Source: Natronohydrobacter sp.
Lineage (GTDB): Bacteria > Pseudomonadota > Alphaproteobacteria > Rhodobacterales > Rhodobacteraceae
Length of the DNA: 39,199 bases
Assembly (NCBI GenBank): GCA_007116445.1
Contig: SKIM01000024.1
Span: 1 to 39,199 of the forward strand
Direction: 5' to 3'
The notes beneath the pieces are model-generated. The model was not told the DNA's origin. It ran no database searches and saw only the letters and a list, made by a program, of their open reading frames with translations. Shown here in pieces: positions 8,260 through 17,898 of the stretch. Made by a program: the position numbers and the translations under genes. Numbering within the stretch: position 1 is the stretch's first letter; the number at the start of each line of letters is the position of its first letter.

Positions 8260-10185
8260 ATGCCCTCGCCGGATGATACGCATATCAAGCTGATGAGCGC
8301 CGGGTTGAACATGATTCAGCAGGCGCTGTCGATCTTTGACCGCGATCTGCGCCTGTCTGTCAGCAATCGGCGCTATCAGACCATGTTCGACCTGCCCGAC
8401 TGGCTGGTTCAACCCGGCGCGGAGTTCGAGGACACGATTCGCTATCTGGTGACACGCGGCGAATATGGCGCGGTCGAGGATATCGAGGACGCCGTGCGCA
8501 TTCGTGTCGAAGCCGCCCGCGCCTTCGTTCCGCATTACATGGAGCGCGAGCGCGCGAACGGCCGCTGGATCAGCGTCGAGGGCGCGCCACTGCCGCAGGG
8601 GGGCTGGGTGACGGTCTATACCGACATCACCGAAGTGAAGCTGCAAGAGCGGCTTTTGCAGGCCCATTCCGAAGAACTTTCCGGCGCGCTGATTGCCCAT
8701 GCAGAGCGTCTTGCCCAAACCAATCGCGAATTGGCGGCCTCAAATGCTGCGCTGGAAGAGGCCAAGCGCGAACTGACCGAGATGGAAGCCCGCACCCGCC
8801 TGACGACCGAGATGATGCCTGCGCATATCGCACGGCTGGACTGCGAGCTGCGCTATACTTTTTCAAACCGGCGGCTCTCGTCGGTTTTTCCCGGTCGGCC
8901 GCGGAATATCGTGGGGCTGCCTGCGCGCGACGCGCTTGGAACGGTTTTTCCAACGATCCGGCCATGGCTGGAAAACGCGCTTGCAGGTCAGGCTTCGGTG
9001 CATGAATTCACCCATGAAGACAGTGGGCGGCGCATCCGGCTGGCGCTGACCCCCGACCGGATGGATGACGGACCGATCAACGGCATCTATGTCATGTCGA
9101 TGGATGTAACCGAGGAAGCTCAGGCCCGCGCCGCACTTGCGCAGACGCGCAAACGCGAACTCGCCGCCCAGCTTTCCTCAGGGCTGGCGCATGATTTCGG
9201 TAATCTGCTGACCATCATCCTTGGTCTTCAAGGTCAGCTTGCCCGACGCGGCGATCTGCCCGAAGACGTCGCTCAAAGCGTGCAATCCACCATCGCCGCC
9301 GCACGGCGCGGGGGCGTGCTCTTGGAAAGGATCGCCGCGATTTCGGGCACGCGCGCATTGCGGCCACAACCGACGGACCTGCAGGCGCTTTTGCGCGATC
9401 TGCAACAGATGGCGCGACCGACCCTGCCCGAGAATGTCGCGCTTCTGATCGACTTGCCCGAGGCGCTACCGCTTCTTGCTCTCGATCAAGGCATTTTGCA
9501 GGACAGTCTTCTGAACCTGATCCTGAATGCGCGCGACGCGCTGGCCGATACTGGCGGCACGATCACATTGCGAGCGCAAGTCTATGGTGACACATGGCTT
9601 GACCTGATTGTCAGTGATACCGGGACCGGTTTCAGCCCCGAAGCGCTGGAGAAAGCGCTGAACCCGTTTTTCACCACCAAAGGCGCTGCCGGGTCCGGGC
9701 TGGGGCTGGCGATGGTCTATGATCAGATCACCCTCTCGGGCGGACGGGTGCGGCTGGCCAATCGTGCCAGCGGCGGGGCCGAGGTGACCTTGCGCCTGCC
9801 CTTCCGCCATGTCGACACCACGCCCGGAACAGAGCCTGCGCTGGTGCTGCTGGTCGAAGACACGGATACGATCCGCGAAAACGTGCGCGATATGCTCTGT
9901 GAGTTGGGACATTCCGTGATCGAAGCGGCCAGCCATGACGAAGCGCTCTCGTTGCTCGATCTTGCGGGCCTGTCGCTGGTCCTGTCGGATATCAACCTTG
10001 CAGGCGACGGGTCCGGCCTCGATCTGCTGCGCGCTTGCCGCGCGCGGGGGATGACGCGGTTGCATCTGATGACCGCCCTGCCCCCGTCTGACCCGCTGCA
10101 TCGCAAGGCCCGCACCGAATTCCCCGTTCTTTCCAAACCCTTCACTCTGGCCGATTTGCGCCTAGCCCTGGAGCATGCTGCATGA
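8260..10185 (+). CDS. PAS-domain hybrid sensor histidine kinase (PAS-PAS-HisKA-HATPase-REC)
   Basis: H-box GLAHDFGNLL, N-box LNLILNARDA, G1 DTGTG, F-box PFFTTK, G2 GSGLGL. Receiver LLVED...LSDINL...KPF. No obvious transmembrane helix. Confidence 0.92.
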   Translation: MPSPDDTHIKLMSAGLNMIQQALSIFDRDLRLSVSNRRYQTMFDLPDWLVQPGAEFEDTIRYLVTRGEYGAVEDIEDAVRIRVEAARAFVPHYMERERANGRWISVEGAPLPQGGWVTVYTDITEVKLQERLLQAHSEELSGALIAHAERLAQTNRELAASNAALEEAKRELTEMEARTRLTTEMMPAHIARLDCELRYTFSNRRLSSVFPGRPRNIVGLPARDALGTVFPTIRPWLENALAGQASVHEFTHEDSGRRIRLALTPDRMDDGPINGIYVMSMDVTEEAQARAALAQTRKRELAAQLSSGLAHDFGNLLTIILGLQGQLARRGDLPEDVAQSVQSTIAAARRGGVLLERIAAISGTRALRPQPTDLQALLRDLQQMARPTLPENVALLIDLPEALPLLALDQGILQDSLLNLILNARDALADTGGTITLRAQVYGDTWLDLIVSDTGTGFSPEALEKALNPFFTTKGAAGSGLGLAMVYDQITLSGGRVRLANRASGGAEVTLRLPFRHVDTTPGTEPALVLLVEDTDTIRENVRDMLCELGHSVIEAASHDEALSLLDLAGLSLVLSDINLAGDGSGLDLLRACRARGMTRLHLMTALPPSDPLHRKARTEFPVLSKPFTLADLRLALEHAA

Positions 10186-10886
10186 GCCCTGCCCATATCG
10201 CCATTCTCGATGACGAGCCCGAGATCCGTCAGGTTCTGACCGCAGCCCTTGAAGAGGCCGGATTTCAGACCTCGGCCTATGCGCGGGCGACCGAATTCGA
10301 AGCCGCATTGCGCCGCACCACACCAGATGTCTGTCTGGTCGATCTTGGATTGCCGGATCGCGACGGGCTGGCGCTCGTGCATCGGTTGGCGCTGGAATCA
10401 GGGGCCGCGATCATCATTATCTCGGGCCGCGCGCAAGTGCAGGATCGCGTCACGGGTCTGGAATTGGGCGCGGATGATTATATCATCAAACCCTTCGATC
10501 CGGCCGAGGTCGTCGCCCGCATCCGTGCCCGGCTGCGCAAATCCAGTACGCCACAAGAGACACGACCGGGCCGCGCGCGTTTTAACGGCTGGGTTGCCGA
10601 TTTCGACCGCTACATGCTGATCGACGCATCTGACACGGAAACCAGTTTCAGCCATGCTGAAGGCGAAGTCCTGCGGTTGTTTCTCGACAGCCCCAAACGA
10701 CTGATCTCGCGCGCGCAGATGCTCGATGCGCTTGGCGGGGCTGCGGGCGAGAGCTTTGACCGGGCGATGGATGTGCGTATTTCGCGGCTGCGCACCAAGC
10801 TGAAGGAAGACCCACGAAACCCGCGGCTGATCAAGACAATCTATGGCGCAGGATACATTTTTCTGGGCGATGTCAGCTGGGGCTGA
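10182..10886 (+). CDS. OmpR/PhoB-family response regulator
   Basis: ILDDE, LVDLGLP, GADDYIIKPF and winged-helix DRAMDVRISRLRTKL...IKTIYGAGY. ATGA overlap with the kinase stop. Confidence 0.95.
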   Translation: MSPAHIAILDDEPEIRQVLTAALEEAGFQTSAYARATEFEAALRRTTPDVCLVDLGLPDRDGLALVHRLALESGAAIIIISGRAQVQDRVTGLELGADDYIIKPFDPAEVVARIRARLRKSSTPQETRPGRARFNGWVADFDRYMLIDASDTETSFSHAEGEVLRLFLDSPKRLISRAQMLDALGGAAGESFDRAMDVRISRLRTKLKEDPRNPRLIKTIYGAGYIFLGDVSWG

Positions 10887-10945
10887 GCCTGTTTACACAT
10901 GTCAGCGCTTGCGCCAATATGCAGACATCGCGGGCGGGGGAAGTG

Positions 10946-11407
10946 ATGCGGAAATTTCTGGTGATCCTTGATGACACGCGCGAATGCCTGAATGCGATGC
11001 GCTTCGCCGCAATGCGTGCTGCGCGCACAGGCAGCGAAGTGCAGATCCTGTCCATCATCTCGCCCGAGGAGTTTCAGGGCTGGGCCGGGATCGCGGACCT
11101 GATGCGCAGCGAAGCGCGCGAGCGGATCGAGGCGCATTTCGAGGTCTTCGCCAAATGGATGCGCGACCGTCAGGGCGTTAATCCCGAACTGGTTATCCGC
11201 GAGGGCGAGCCGCTCGATGAAATCCTCGCACAGATCAATGACGACCCCGATATCGGCTTCCTGGTGCTCGGCGCGGGCAATGAGGGCAATTCGCCCGGTC
11301 CGCTTGTATCGCAACTTGCACGCAATTCCGGCACTCTGGCGATCCCGATCACCATCGTGCCAGGTGGGCTGTCGCGCGACCGGCTTGAGACCATCGCCAA
11401 GGGCTGA
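10946..11407 (+). CDS. Universal stress protein (UspA family)
   Basis: MRKFLVILDD start, IREGEP, FLVLGA...GPLV and IPITIVPG, typical of alphaproteobacterial Usp. Confidence 0.85.
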   Translation: MRKFLVILDDTRECLNAMRFAAMRAARTGSEVQILSIISPEEFQGWAGIADLMRSEARERIEAHFEVFAKWMRDRQGVNPELVIREGEPLDEILAQINDDPDIGFLVLGAGNEGNSPGPLVSQLARNSGTLAIPITIVPGGLSRDRLETIAKG

Positions 11408-11431
11408 ACTCGCCTTAGAAAGGACTGTTGC

Positions 11432-12280
11432 ATGAAACTTCTCCGCTTTGGCGCTGCGGGTCATGAAAAGCCAGGCTATCTCGACGATCAGGGCAGATTG
11501 CGCGATCTCAGTGCCATGGCAGCGGATTTCGCGGGCGAAACCGTGTCATGCAAGGCGCTTGAAGCGCTGCGCGCCTTGGCCCTGGACGATGCGCCGGTGG
11601 TCGAAGAGCCCCAGCGCATTGGCGCGCCGCTTGCATGGGTGCCAGATTTCTACTGCATCGGGCTGAACTATGCGCTCCATGCGGCCGAGACCGGGGCGAC
11701 GCCACCGACCGAGCCGCTTGTGTTCTCAAAGGCGACAACTTCGCTCGCCGGGCCGGAGGATGACATCATCATCCCGCGCGGGTCGCAAAAAACCGATTGG
11801 GAGGTCGAACTCGGCGTTGTGATTGGCAAACGCACGCTGCATGTCTCGGAAGCGGAGGCGCTGAGCCATGTCGCGGGCTATGTCGCGATCAATGACCTGT
11901 CAGAGCGTGACTTCCAGAAAGAGCGCGGCGGGCAATGGATCAAGGGCAAATCCGCACCCGGTTTCGGCAAGATCGGTCCATGGCTGGTCACGACCGATGA
12001 TGTGCCCGATCCCCAGGCGCTGCAGCTGTCCTTGCGCGTCAACGACGTGTCGCGCCAGGCGTCAACCACAGGCGACATGATTTTTTCGGTCGCTCAGATC
12101 ATCGCATATATGTCGCAATTCATGGAGCTGCGCGCAGGCGACGTGATCGCGACCGGCACGCCTTCGGGCGTTGGGGCCGGGATGACGCCACCTCAATTCC
12201 TGCAGCCGGGCGACCGAGTGGCGCTGGCTGTCGAAGGCTTGGGCCAGCAATTCAGCATAGTGCGCGCAGCTGCCTCCTAG
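11432..12280 (+). CDS. Fumarylacetoacetate hydrolase family protein
   Basis: CIGLNYALHAAE, TDWEVELGVVIG, INDLSERDFQ, KGKS and GDVIATGTPSGVG motifs. Confidence 0.92.
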   Translation: MKLLRFGAAGHEKPGYLDDQGRLRDLSAMAADFAGETVSCKALEALRALALDDAPVVEEPQRIGAPLAWVPDFYCIGLNYALHAAETGATPPTEPLVFSKATTSLAGPEDDIIIPRGSQKTDWEVELGVVIGKRTLHVSEAEALSHVAGYVAINDLSERDFQKERGGQWIKGKSAPGFGKIGPWLVTTDDVPDPQALQLSLRVNDVSRQASTTGDMIFSVAQIIAYMSQFMELRAGDVIATGTPSGVGAGMTPPQFLQPGDRVALAVEGLGQQFSIVRAAAS

Positions 12281-12291
12281 CCGCGCATCTG

Positions 12292-14748
12292 CTACCGCCC
12301 GCTATCCGAGTCGCCACTTTCCGGGCTCGCGTCAACGATATCGTCGCGCACCATCTCAGTGCGGGCCTTGGCGTCGCGCGGATCGCGTTCAGGTTCAGGC
12401 TCCGGCTGAACAGCTTCGCCGCGCAACACTTCTGGATTGCGCAGCCAAACATCGCGCTGAGCGAAGGGTATCTCGATCCCCTCCTCCTTGAAACGCTCCA
12501 CAATCTGATGGCGCAGCTCCGTGCGCACCGCCACGCCGAAATTCACGTCGCTCAGCACCAGACGAAGCTCGAAATCCAGCGAATCCGCCCCGAATTCCAT
12601 GAAATGCACCTGCGGGGCCGGATCGATCAGCGCCAGCGGTTCATTCTCGCCGATTTCCTTCAGGATACGCGCCACTTTGCGCGTGTCAGAACCATAGGCA
12701 ACCCCGACCGGGATGGTGATCCGCCCAAGTGAATTGTAGCGCGTCCAGTTAATCACGGTGCCCTGGATCAGATCGGCATTGGGCACGATCACATCCGTGC
12801 GGTCAAAGGTTTCGATCACCGTCGAGCGCACCGATATCGAGCGCACAGTGCCCATCGTTCCTCCGACCTCGATCCAGTCGCCTTCTGCCACCGGGCGCTC
12901 GATCAGCAGGATCAGGCCGGAGATGAAATTCGATACGATATTCTGCAGGCCGAAGCCGATACCGACCGACAGCGCCCCTGCGACGATGGCAAGACCGGAC
13001 AGGTCAATCCCGGCCGTCGAAATCGCAATCAGTGCGGCCGCGAAAATACCGACATAACCAACGCCCGAGATAATCGCCTTCTGACCGCCCTTATCGATCC
13101 GGGTCTTCGGCAGCACCGAGCTTTCCAGCCCCCCCTGCAATACCCGCGTGACCAAGTAACCAATGGAAAAGACAATCACGAAACTGAGGATATTGGTCGG
13201 AGAAATCCGCGTCTCACCGATGCGGAACCCTTCCTGCAAGGTCTGCCAGAATTCCAGCAATTCCGTCGGTCGCACGCCCCAGATCATCGCGAATAAAGGA
13301 ATGGACAGGATCACCAATGCGAAGTTTATCAAGGACGGAATAAGGGCCGTATCGGGGCTTTCTTCGCTCTTGCTGAGGACGAAATAAATGTCCTCGTCCA
13401 ACTGCATCAAAAACAACAGGCCTACAATGAGGCCCAGCGAGCCGATGGCAGGATAGAGCATCGCCTCTGCGGCCTGCACATAACCGATCGCGGCAAGAAT
13501 CGGCGCGCTGACCCCGATGAGCATTGAAACCTTGCCGAGAATGTAGATGATCCGGTCCATGAAACGGGTTTCACGCGCGACCAATTCGTCATCGATCTTG
13601 TTGTGATGGCCCAGAAGCATCCCGATACGCACCAGTACAAGCCCGATCAGCGCAATGATCGGAAAAGCAAGCACAGCATTCGCGGCGTCCGAGTTGTCCT
13701 CAATCGGAAAGAATTCGCGCAGCAGAACCGAAATCGCAACGGAAACCCCGATCATATTGACCCAGAAGCGCCCCTCGCGCCGCCGCGCGGCCGGCAATTG
13801 CAGCGCCGCCGACCGGCTGTCCTCGATCGTGAACGCCTGGCGCCCGGCCCAACGTGCCGTGAAATATGCAGCACTTGCAGCGACAAGTCCGATGGTCACC
13901 TGTTCGCTGCTCATGCCCAGAACCGAGCTCAGTTCCAAAGCCGTCGCAATCGCCATGACCGCAATCACTGGCAGAATGATCTGGGTCAGCGATAGCAAGC
14001 GCGCAAGAACACGCCTGCCGTGCCGCGAACTGCCATCAGTCAGCCATTGCGACACAAGCTTCTCGATCCATCGCCGCCCGCGTATCAGAACAAAGCCCGA
14101 CACAAGGATCAGTAAGAAAGACACAGGCAGGTTGGACCGGAATTCGCGCATGCGCGCGGGATCTTCCGTCAGGCCCATGACCTGGGTGCCGAACGTGAAC
14201 CCGGTGCCCCACACAGCATCGACAGCCGCGACCCAATTGACGGGATTGACGGGTGACGGCCAGAGTGTCAGCAGCGCTTCAGCATCTCGTTCTCGCAGCG
14301 TCGTGTCGATCTGGCGGATCAGCCCGTCTGCGCGCCGAAAGGCTTCCTGCGCGGCAATGCCTGGCGCTTGCAGCGCAGTGAGTTGCTCGGCCAGTTCTGC
14401 CCGTCGCTCAGAAATCTCGGGCGCTTCGCTCGCCCCCTCTTCCGGTGGTGGGCCGAGCGCTGCGATCTGGTCGCGCAGGCTGGCGATCCGCGTGTGGTTG
14501 GCGTCCTGTGCGGCCAGAAAACGAGAACGAAATGCCACAAGCTCGGCACGCAGTGCCTCCAGCTCCTCGCTCGAGACGTTGCGATTGTCGATCTGAGCTT
14601 CCGCTTGCTGCGCAAAACTGCGCCATGCATCATAATCGGGCGCAGTGCTCGATGCAGCTTGCTCCGTGCTCCGGGCGAGAATAGGCGCAGCAGCCAAGGT
14701 CAGGCAGGCGCAGAGCAGCGCAACAGCGATACGGCGGAGCGTCAGCAT
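12292..14748 (-). CDS. MscS-family mechanosensitive channel with a large N-terminal periplasmic domain (DUF3772 type)
   Basis: AGALSVGIGFGLQNIVSNFISGLILLIERP, VIVPNADL and GIEIPFAQRD motifs. Signal peptide, coiled coil and many TM helices. Start MLTLRR at 14748. Confidence 0.9.
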   Translation of the reverse strand: MLTLRRIAVALLCACLTLAAAPILARSTEQAASSTAPDYDAWRSFAQQAEAQIDNRNVSSEELEALRAELVAFRSRFLAAQDANHTRIASLRDQIAALGPPPEEGASEAPEISERRAELAEQLTALQAPGIAAQEAFRRADGLIRQIDTTLRERDAEALLTLWPSPVNPVNWVAAVDAVWGTGFTFGTQVMGLTEDPARMREFRSNLPVSFLLILVSGFVLIRGRRWIEKLVSQWLTDGSSRHGRRVLARLLSLTQIILPVIAVMAIATALELSSVLGMSSEQVTIGLVAASAAYFTARWAGRQAFTIEDSRSAALQLPAARRREGRFWVNMIGVSVAISVLLREFFPIEDNSDAANAVLAFPIIALIGLVLVRIGMLLGHHNKIDDELVARETRFMDRIIYILGKVSMLIGVSAPILAAIGYVQAAEAMLYPAIGSLGLIVGLLFLMQLDEDIYFVLSKSEESPDTALIPSLINFALVILSIPLFAMIWGVRPTELLEFWQTLQEGFRIGETRISPTNILSFVIVFSIGYLVTRVLQGGLESSVLPKTRIDKGGQKAIISGVGYVGIFAAALIAISTAGIDLSGLAIVAGALSVGIGFGLQNIVSNFISGLILLIERPVAEGDWIEVGGTMGTVRSISVRSTVIETFDRTDVIVPNADLIQGTVINWTRYNSLGRITIPVGVAYGSDTRKVARILKEIGENEPLALIDPAPQVHFMEFGADSLDFELRLVLSDVNFGVAVRTELRHQIVERFKEEGIEIPFAQRDVWLRNPEVLRGEAVQPEPEPERDPRDAKARTEMVRDDIVDASPESGDSDSGR

Positions 14749-14755
14749 GGGTCTT

Positions 14756-15790
14756 TTACACGTCCTCGAACACGGTCGGCAGGTTTCGGCCAGCCCTGTC
14801 AAGCCAATCGGGGACCGGCAGCCCTTTGGCATGCAGGAATTCGGGATTGAACAGTTTGGACTGATAGCGGGTTCCGTAATCGCACAGAATGGTCACGATG
14901 GTATGGCCCGGCCCCATCTCGCGCGCCATGCGGATCGCGCCCGCAACATTGATCCCAGAAGACCCCCCAAGGCACAGCCCCTCTTCCGCAAGCAGATCAA
15001 AGACGATGGGCAGCGCTTCACTATCGGGTATCTGCGCGCAGAAATCCGGCACAAATCCTTCCAGATTGGCCGTAATCCGCCCCTGCCCGATGCCTTCTGT
15101 GATCGAGTCGCCTTCTGATTTGAAAACACCGCTGGTGTAGAAACTATAGAGAGCCGCACCCATTGGATCGGCCAGACCGATTTTCACCCCTTTGGGCTGC
15201 AAAACCTGTGCCACGCCAGCCAGCGTCCCACCAGACCCAACAGCGCAGATGAAAGCATCCACCTTGCCATCCGTCTGCGCCCAGATTTCCGGGGCCGTCA
15301 TCTCCACATGCGCCTGCCGGTTGGCAGTATTGTCGAACTGATTGGCCCAGATCGCGCCATTGGGCTCCGTGCGCGCCAATTCTGCGGCAAGCCGCCCTGA
15401 GTAGCGCACATAATTGTTGGGGTTGCGGTAGGGGGCTGCGGGCACTTCAACCAGTTCGGCACCTGCCAGCCGCAGCATGTCCTTCTTTTCCTGGCTCTGT
15501 GTCTTGGGAATCACGATCACTGTCCGAAATCCCAGCGAGGCCCCGACCAGCGCCAGACCGATCCCGGTATTGCCCGCAGTCCCCTCGACAATCGTGCCAC
15601 CGGGCTTCAGAGCGCCGCGCGCCACTGCGTCGCGAATGATAAAAAGTGCCGCGCGGTCCTTGACGGATTGGCCGGGGTTGAGAAACTCAGCCTTCCCCAA
15701 AATCTCGCAGCCCGTTGCCTCACTGGCCTTGTTCAGCCGTATCAAGGGCGTGTTCCCAATGGCCGCAGACAGGTTTGCGTGCAAAGTCAT
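14756..15790 (-). CDS. cysK: Cysteine synthase A (PLP-dependent)
   Basis: IGNTPLIRL, KAEFLNPGQSVKDR (PLP lysine), EGTAGNTGIG, GSGGT, EGIG. RBS GAGGAG before 15790. Confidence 0.9.
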   Translation of the reverse strand: MTLHANLSAAIGNTPLIRLNKASEATGCEILGKAEFLNPGQSVKDRAALFIIRDAVARGALKPGGTIVEGTAGNTGIGLALVGASLGFRTVIVIPKTQSQEKKDMLRLAGAELVEVPAAPYRNPNNYVRYSGRLAAELARTEPNGAIWANQFDNTANRQAHVEMTAPEIWAQTDGKVDAFICAVGSGGTLAGVAQVLQPKGVKIGLADPMGAALYSFYTSGVFKSEGDSITEGIGQGRITANLEGFVPDFCAQIPDSEALPIVFDLLAEEGLCLGGSSGINVAGAIRMAREMGPGHTIVTILCDYGTRYQSKLFNPEFLHAKGLPVPDWLDRAGRNLPTVFEDV

Positions 15791-15900
15791 CGCTTCACTC
15801 CCTCGCTTTTCGCGCGCACCATCCTGCAATCGGCGCACGGACACAAGCATCGTCAACGCAACTGTGATGCTGTCAGATGTTCAACCTGCCAGACTGACGC

Positions 15901-16341
15901 TCAGAGCGTCCCATAGCGTTTGGCCGTGCGCGCGTATAGCCAGATTCCGACTGTGACCGCGGCCTGACCGAGGCCAAAGAACACCGGGTTGATATTACCG
16001 ATGGCGGCTGCCCCTTGCACAAAGGCCAGCCCTGCCCAAACGCCCGTGACCAAGGCTGTCACAACAGTGAGCGACAGAACAATGACCGAGGCGCGGTCAC
16101 CCAGCAAAAGCAGGAACGACCCCAGCAGGCCCAGCCAGATGGTGACAGTCAAGGCAATACTCGCCCAGTGTGGCATAAGCTGGAACAGCTCCGGCAAGCC
16201 GAGCGGCGGGGCCAGCGGCACCATGGTGCTCAAGCCATCATAGCGCGCGTGCACATATTCAAACGCGTGCAAACCAAACCATGCGACACCGAGAACCCCG
16301 AAAAGGGTGACAAACAGGCTACGGCGCTTGACTTCGGACAT
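15901..16341 (-). CDS. Hypothetical membrane protein (about 4 TM helices)
   Basis: Hydrophobic 146-aa ORF with RBS AGGGAG before the ATG at 16341. No catalytic motif recognised. Confidence 0.7.
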   Translation of the reverse strand: MSEVKRRSLFVTLFGVLGVAWFGLHAFEYVHARYDGLSTMVPLAPPLGLPELFQLMPHWASIALTVTIWLGLLGSFLLLLGDRASVIVLSLTVVTALVTGVWAGLAFVQGAAAIGNINPVFFGLGQAAVTVGIWLYARTAKRYGTL

Positions 16342-16427
16342 GAACAACTCCCTCTTTGCGCTTAGATTGCCCTGCTGATTGCGGACTGTCCAGCCCCCGC
16401 AAGCCAACTGAAATGCAATCGACCGAC

Positions 16428-16463
16428 AAAGAAAAACCGCCCTGCCGACGCGCAGAGCGGTTT
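16428..16463 (-). terminator. Rho-independent terminator of the Hint-domain gene
   Basis: Minus strand AAACCGCTCTGC-GCGTCG-GCAGGGCGGTTT followed by TTCTTT, about 20 nt after the stop codon. Confidence 0.75.
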
Positions 16464-16484
16464 AGCCTCTTCCTATGCGAATGA

Positions 16485-17570
16485 TCAGGCGGCGAACAGC
16501 ATCCGTGCCTCATGTGCCTTGAGCGTCATCCGCGCTGCAGCGAAGGCTCCCTGCGCGGACGATTTGGCCAATTCGGGGAACAAGGCCAGAATTTCGTCAC
16601 GCTGCGCCGCGCCCAACCCGTCAAGCGAATAGGATGCTGGCTGAAAGCTCTCGCTCCACATGCCATCGCCCAGAACGATCTGATGGGAATCGAACATGAT
16701 ATGCACATAGGTGACTGGTGCGAATTCGCGCTCGATACCGGGCTGGCCGACCAGATGGACCGCTGGAACAAGCACTTCGGATTCGCCGAACAACAATTCG
16801 GCACGCGCACCACAGATCAAGACCCGGTGTGACGGTGACACACGCGTGTCGCGCTCGGGCAGATTCACGCCCAAGGCGCCCGCGCGCAGGATCACTGCGC
16901 CGAATTCGGGCTGCGCCTGCACATCTGCTGCATTCAATGCGCGCTGTCCCGTCCACACAAGCGGCACATACCCGTCGTCGCGCGTGAGGATCAGATCGCC
17001 GGGACGGAGATCTTCAACCGGTTTGCGACCAGTTGCCGTATCGATCAGTGTTCCCGCCACAAAGCAGGGGATCTGGACATCCTTGTCGACGCTCAGCTTG
17101 TTGTCGTCAGTGTCTGGGGTCAGGGTAATCTGACCTGCATCGAACGGCGTCGAGAACACGGAGATATTGATGATATCGCCCGAGCGCCATGGATCCGTGA
17201 TATTGAATACATCTGATGGCGACAGCAGGTTGATTGTCTCGCCATTATCGCCGGTGAGCGTGAGCGCGACAGTCTGCCCCTGTTGCGTGAAGGGTTCCCC
17301 CGTGTCGGGATCGATCTTCGTGTAGGTTCCCCAGAATTCATGCACCCCCGATAGCGTGAATGTCTGCCCGTCCAGCTGGGTCGTTGCCCCCAAGGGCACG
17401 ATATTTCCAAAGGCATCTTCCGGCGTCGTGAAGGCCACCCCATTGCGGACTTCGAGAAGCATCGTCACATCGGGGTCGTCGTCAAAAGCAAAAGATGTGC
17501 CAATGGGTGTGTCAGACGTGATTCCATCGCCTCGCGTGAAAATCAGGTCATTCAGAATAACCTCTGGCAT
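16485..17570 (-). CDS. Hint-domain protein (Hint_2 / B-type bacterial intein-like domain)
   Basis: IPCFVAGTLIDT (Cys169), VEDLRPGDLILTRDDG, VSPSHRVLI, YVHIMFDSHQIV...GMWSESF. RBS GGAAGG. Confidence 0.92.
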   Translation of the reverse strand: MPEVILNDLIFTRGDGITSDTPIGTSFAFDDDPDVTMLLEVRNGVAFTTPEDAFGNIVPLGATTQLDGQTFTLSGVHEFWGTYTKIDPDTGEPFTQQGQTVALTLTGDNGETINLLSPSDVFNITDPWRSGDIINISVFSTPFDAGQITLTPDTDDNKLSVDKDVQIPCFVAGTLIDTATGRKPVEDLRPGDLILTRDDGYVPLVWTGQRALNAADVQAQPEFGAVILRAGALGVNLPERDTRVSPSHRVLICGARAELLFGESEVLVPAVHLVGQPGIEREFAPVTYVHIMFDSHQIVLGDGMWSESFQPASYSLDGLGAAQRDEILALFPELAKSSAQGAFAAARMTLKAHEARMLFAA

Positions 17571-17898
17571 TGTCGCAAACCTTCCACATGATGGTCATGC
17601 AAACTGGCCGCCTACCTGAACCGCCAAAAAAGGCGCATCTGGCCAGAGTGCGATCCCATCGTCATATCGCATTCGATCACCTTAGGATTTTATGCCGCTG
17701 GATTCAGGCAAAAACAAGGCGAGGTCTGGATTTACCGTGGTTAACTCGCCACACTGTTATCGTTCCGAAGACAAACCGGCAATTCTCGTCAGATTGCGGA
17801 CAATTTGAAATAAAGTTCTGGAAGGCAAAGCCGTATTCCGCTGATTCACTATCAGCTGATTCGCAGTCCTGTGCAACGCAGCTGCTTATCACGCGCGC

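Noticed and set aside
16485-17570. Hint domain as a mobile intein or polymorphic toxin
   Set aside because: No homing endonuclease, no terminal His-Asn plus Cys/Ser/Thr splice junction, no toxin domain after the Hint and no immunity gene.
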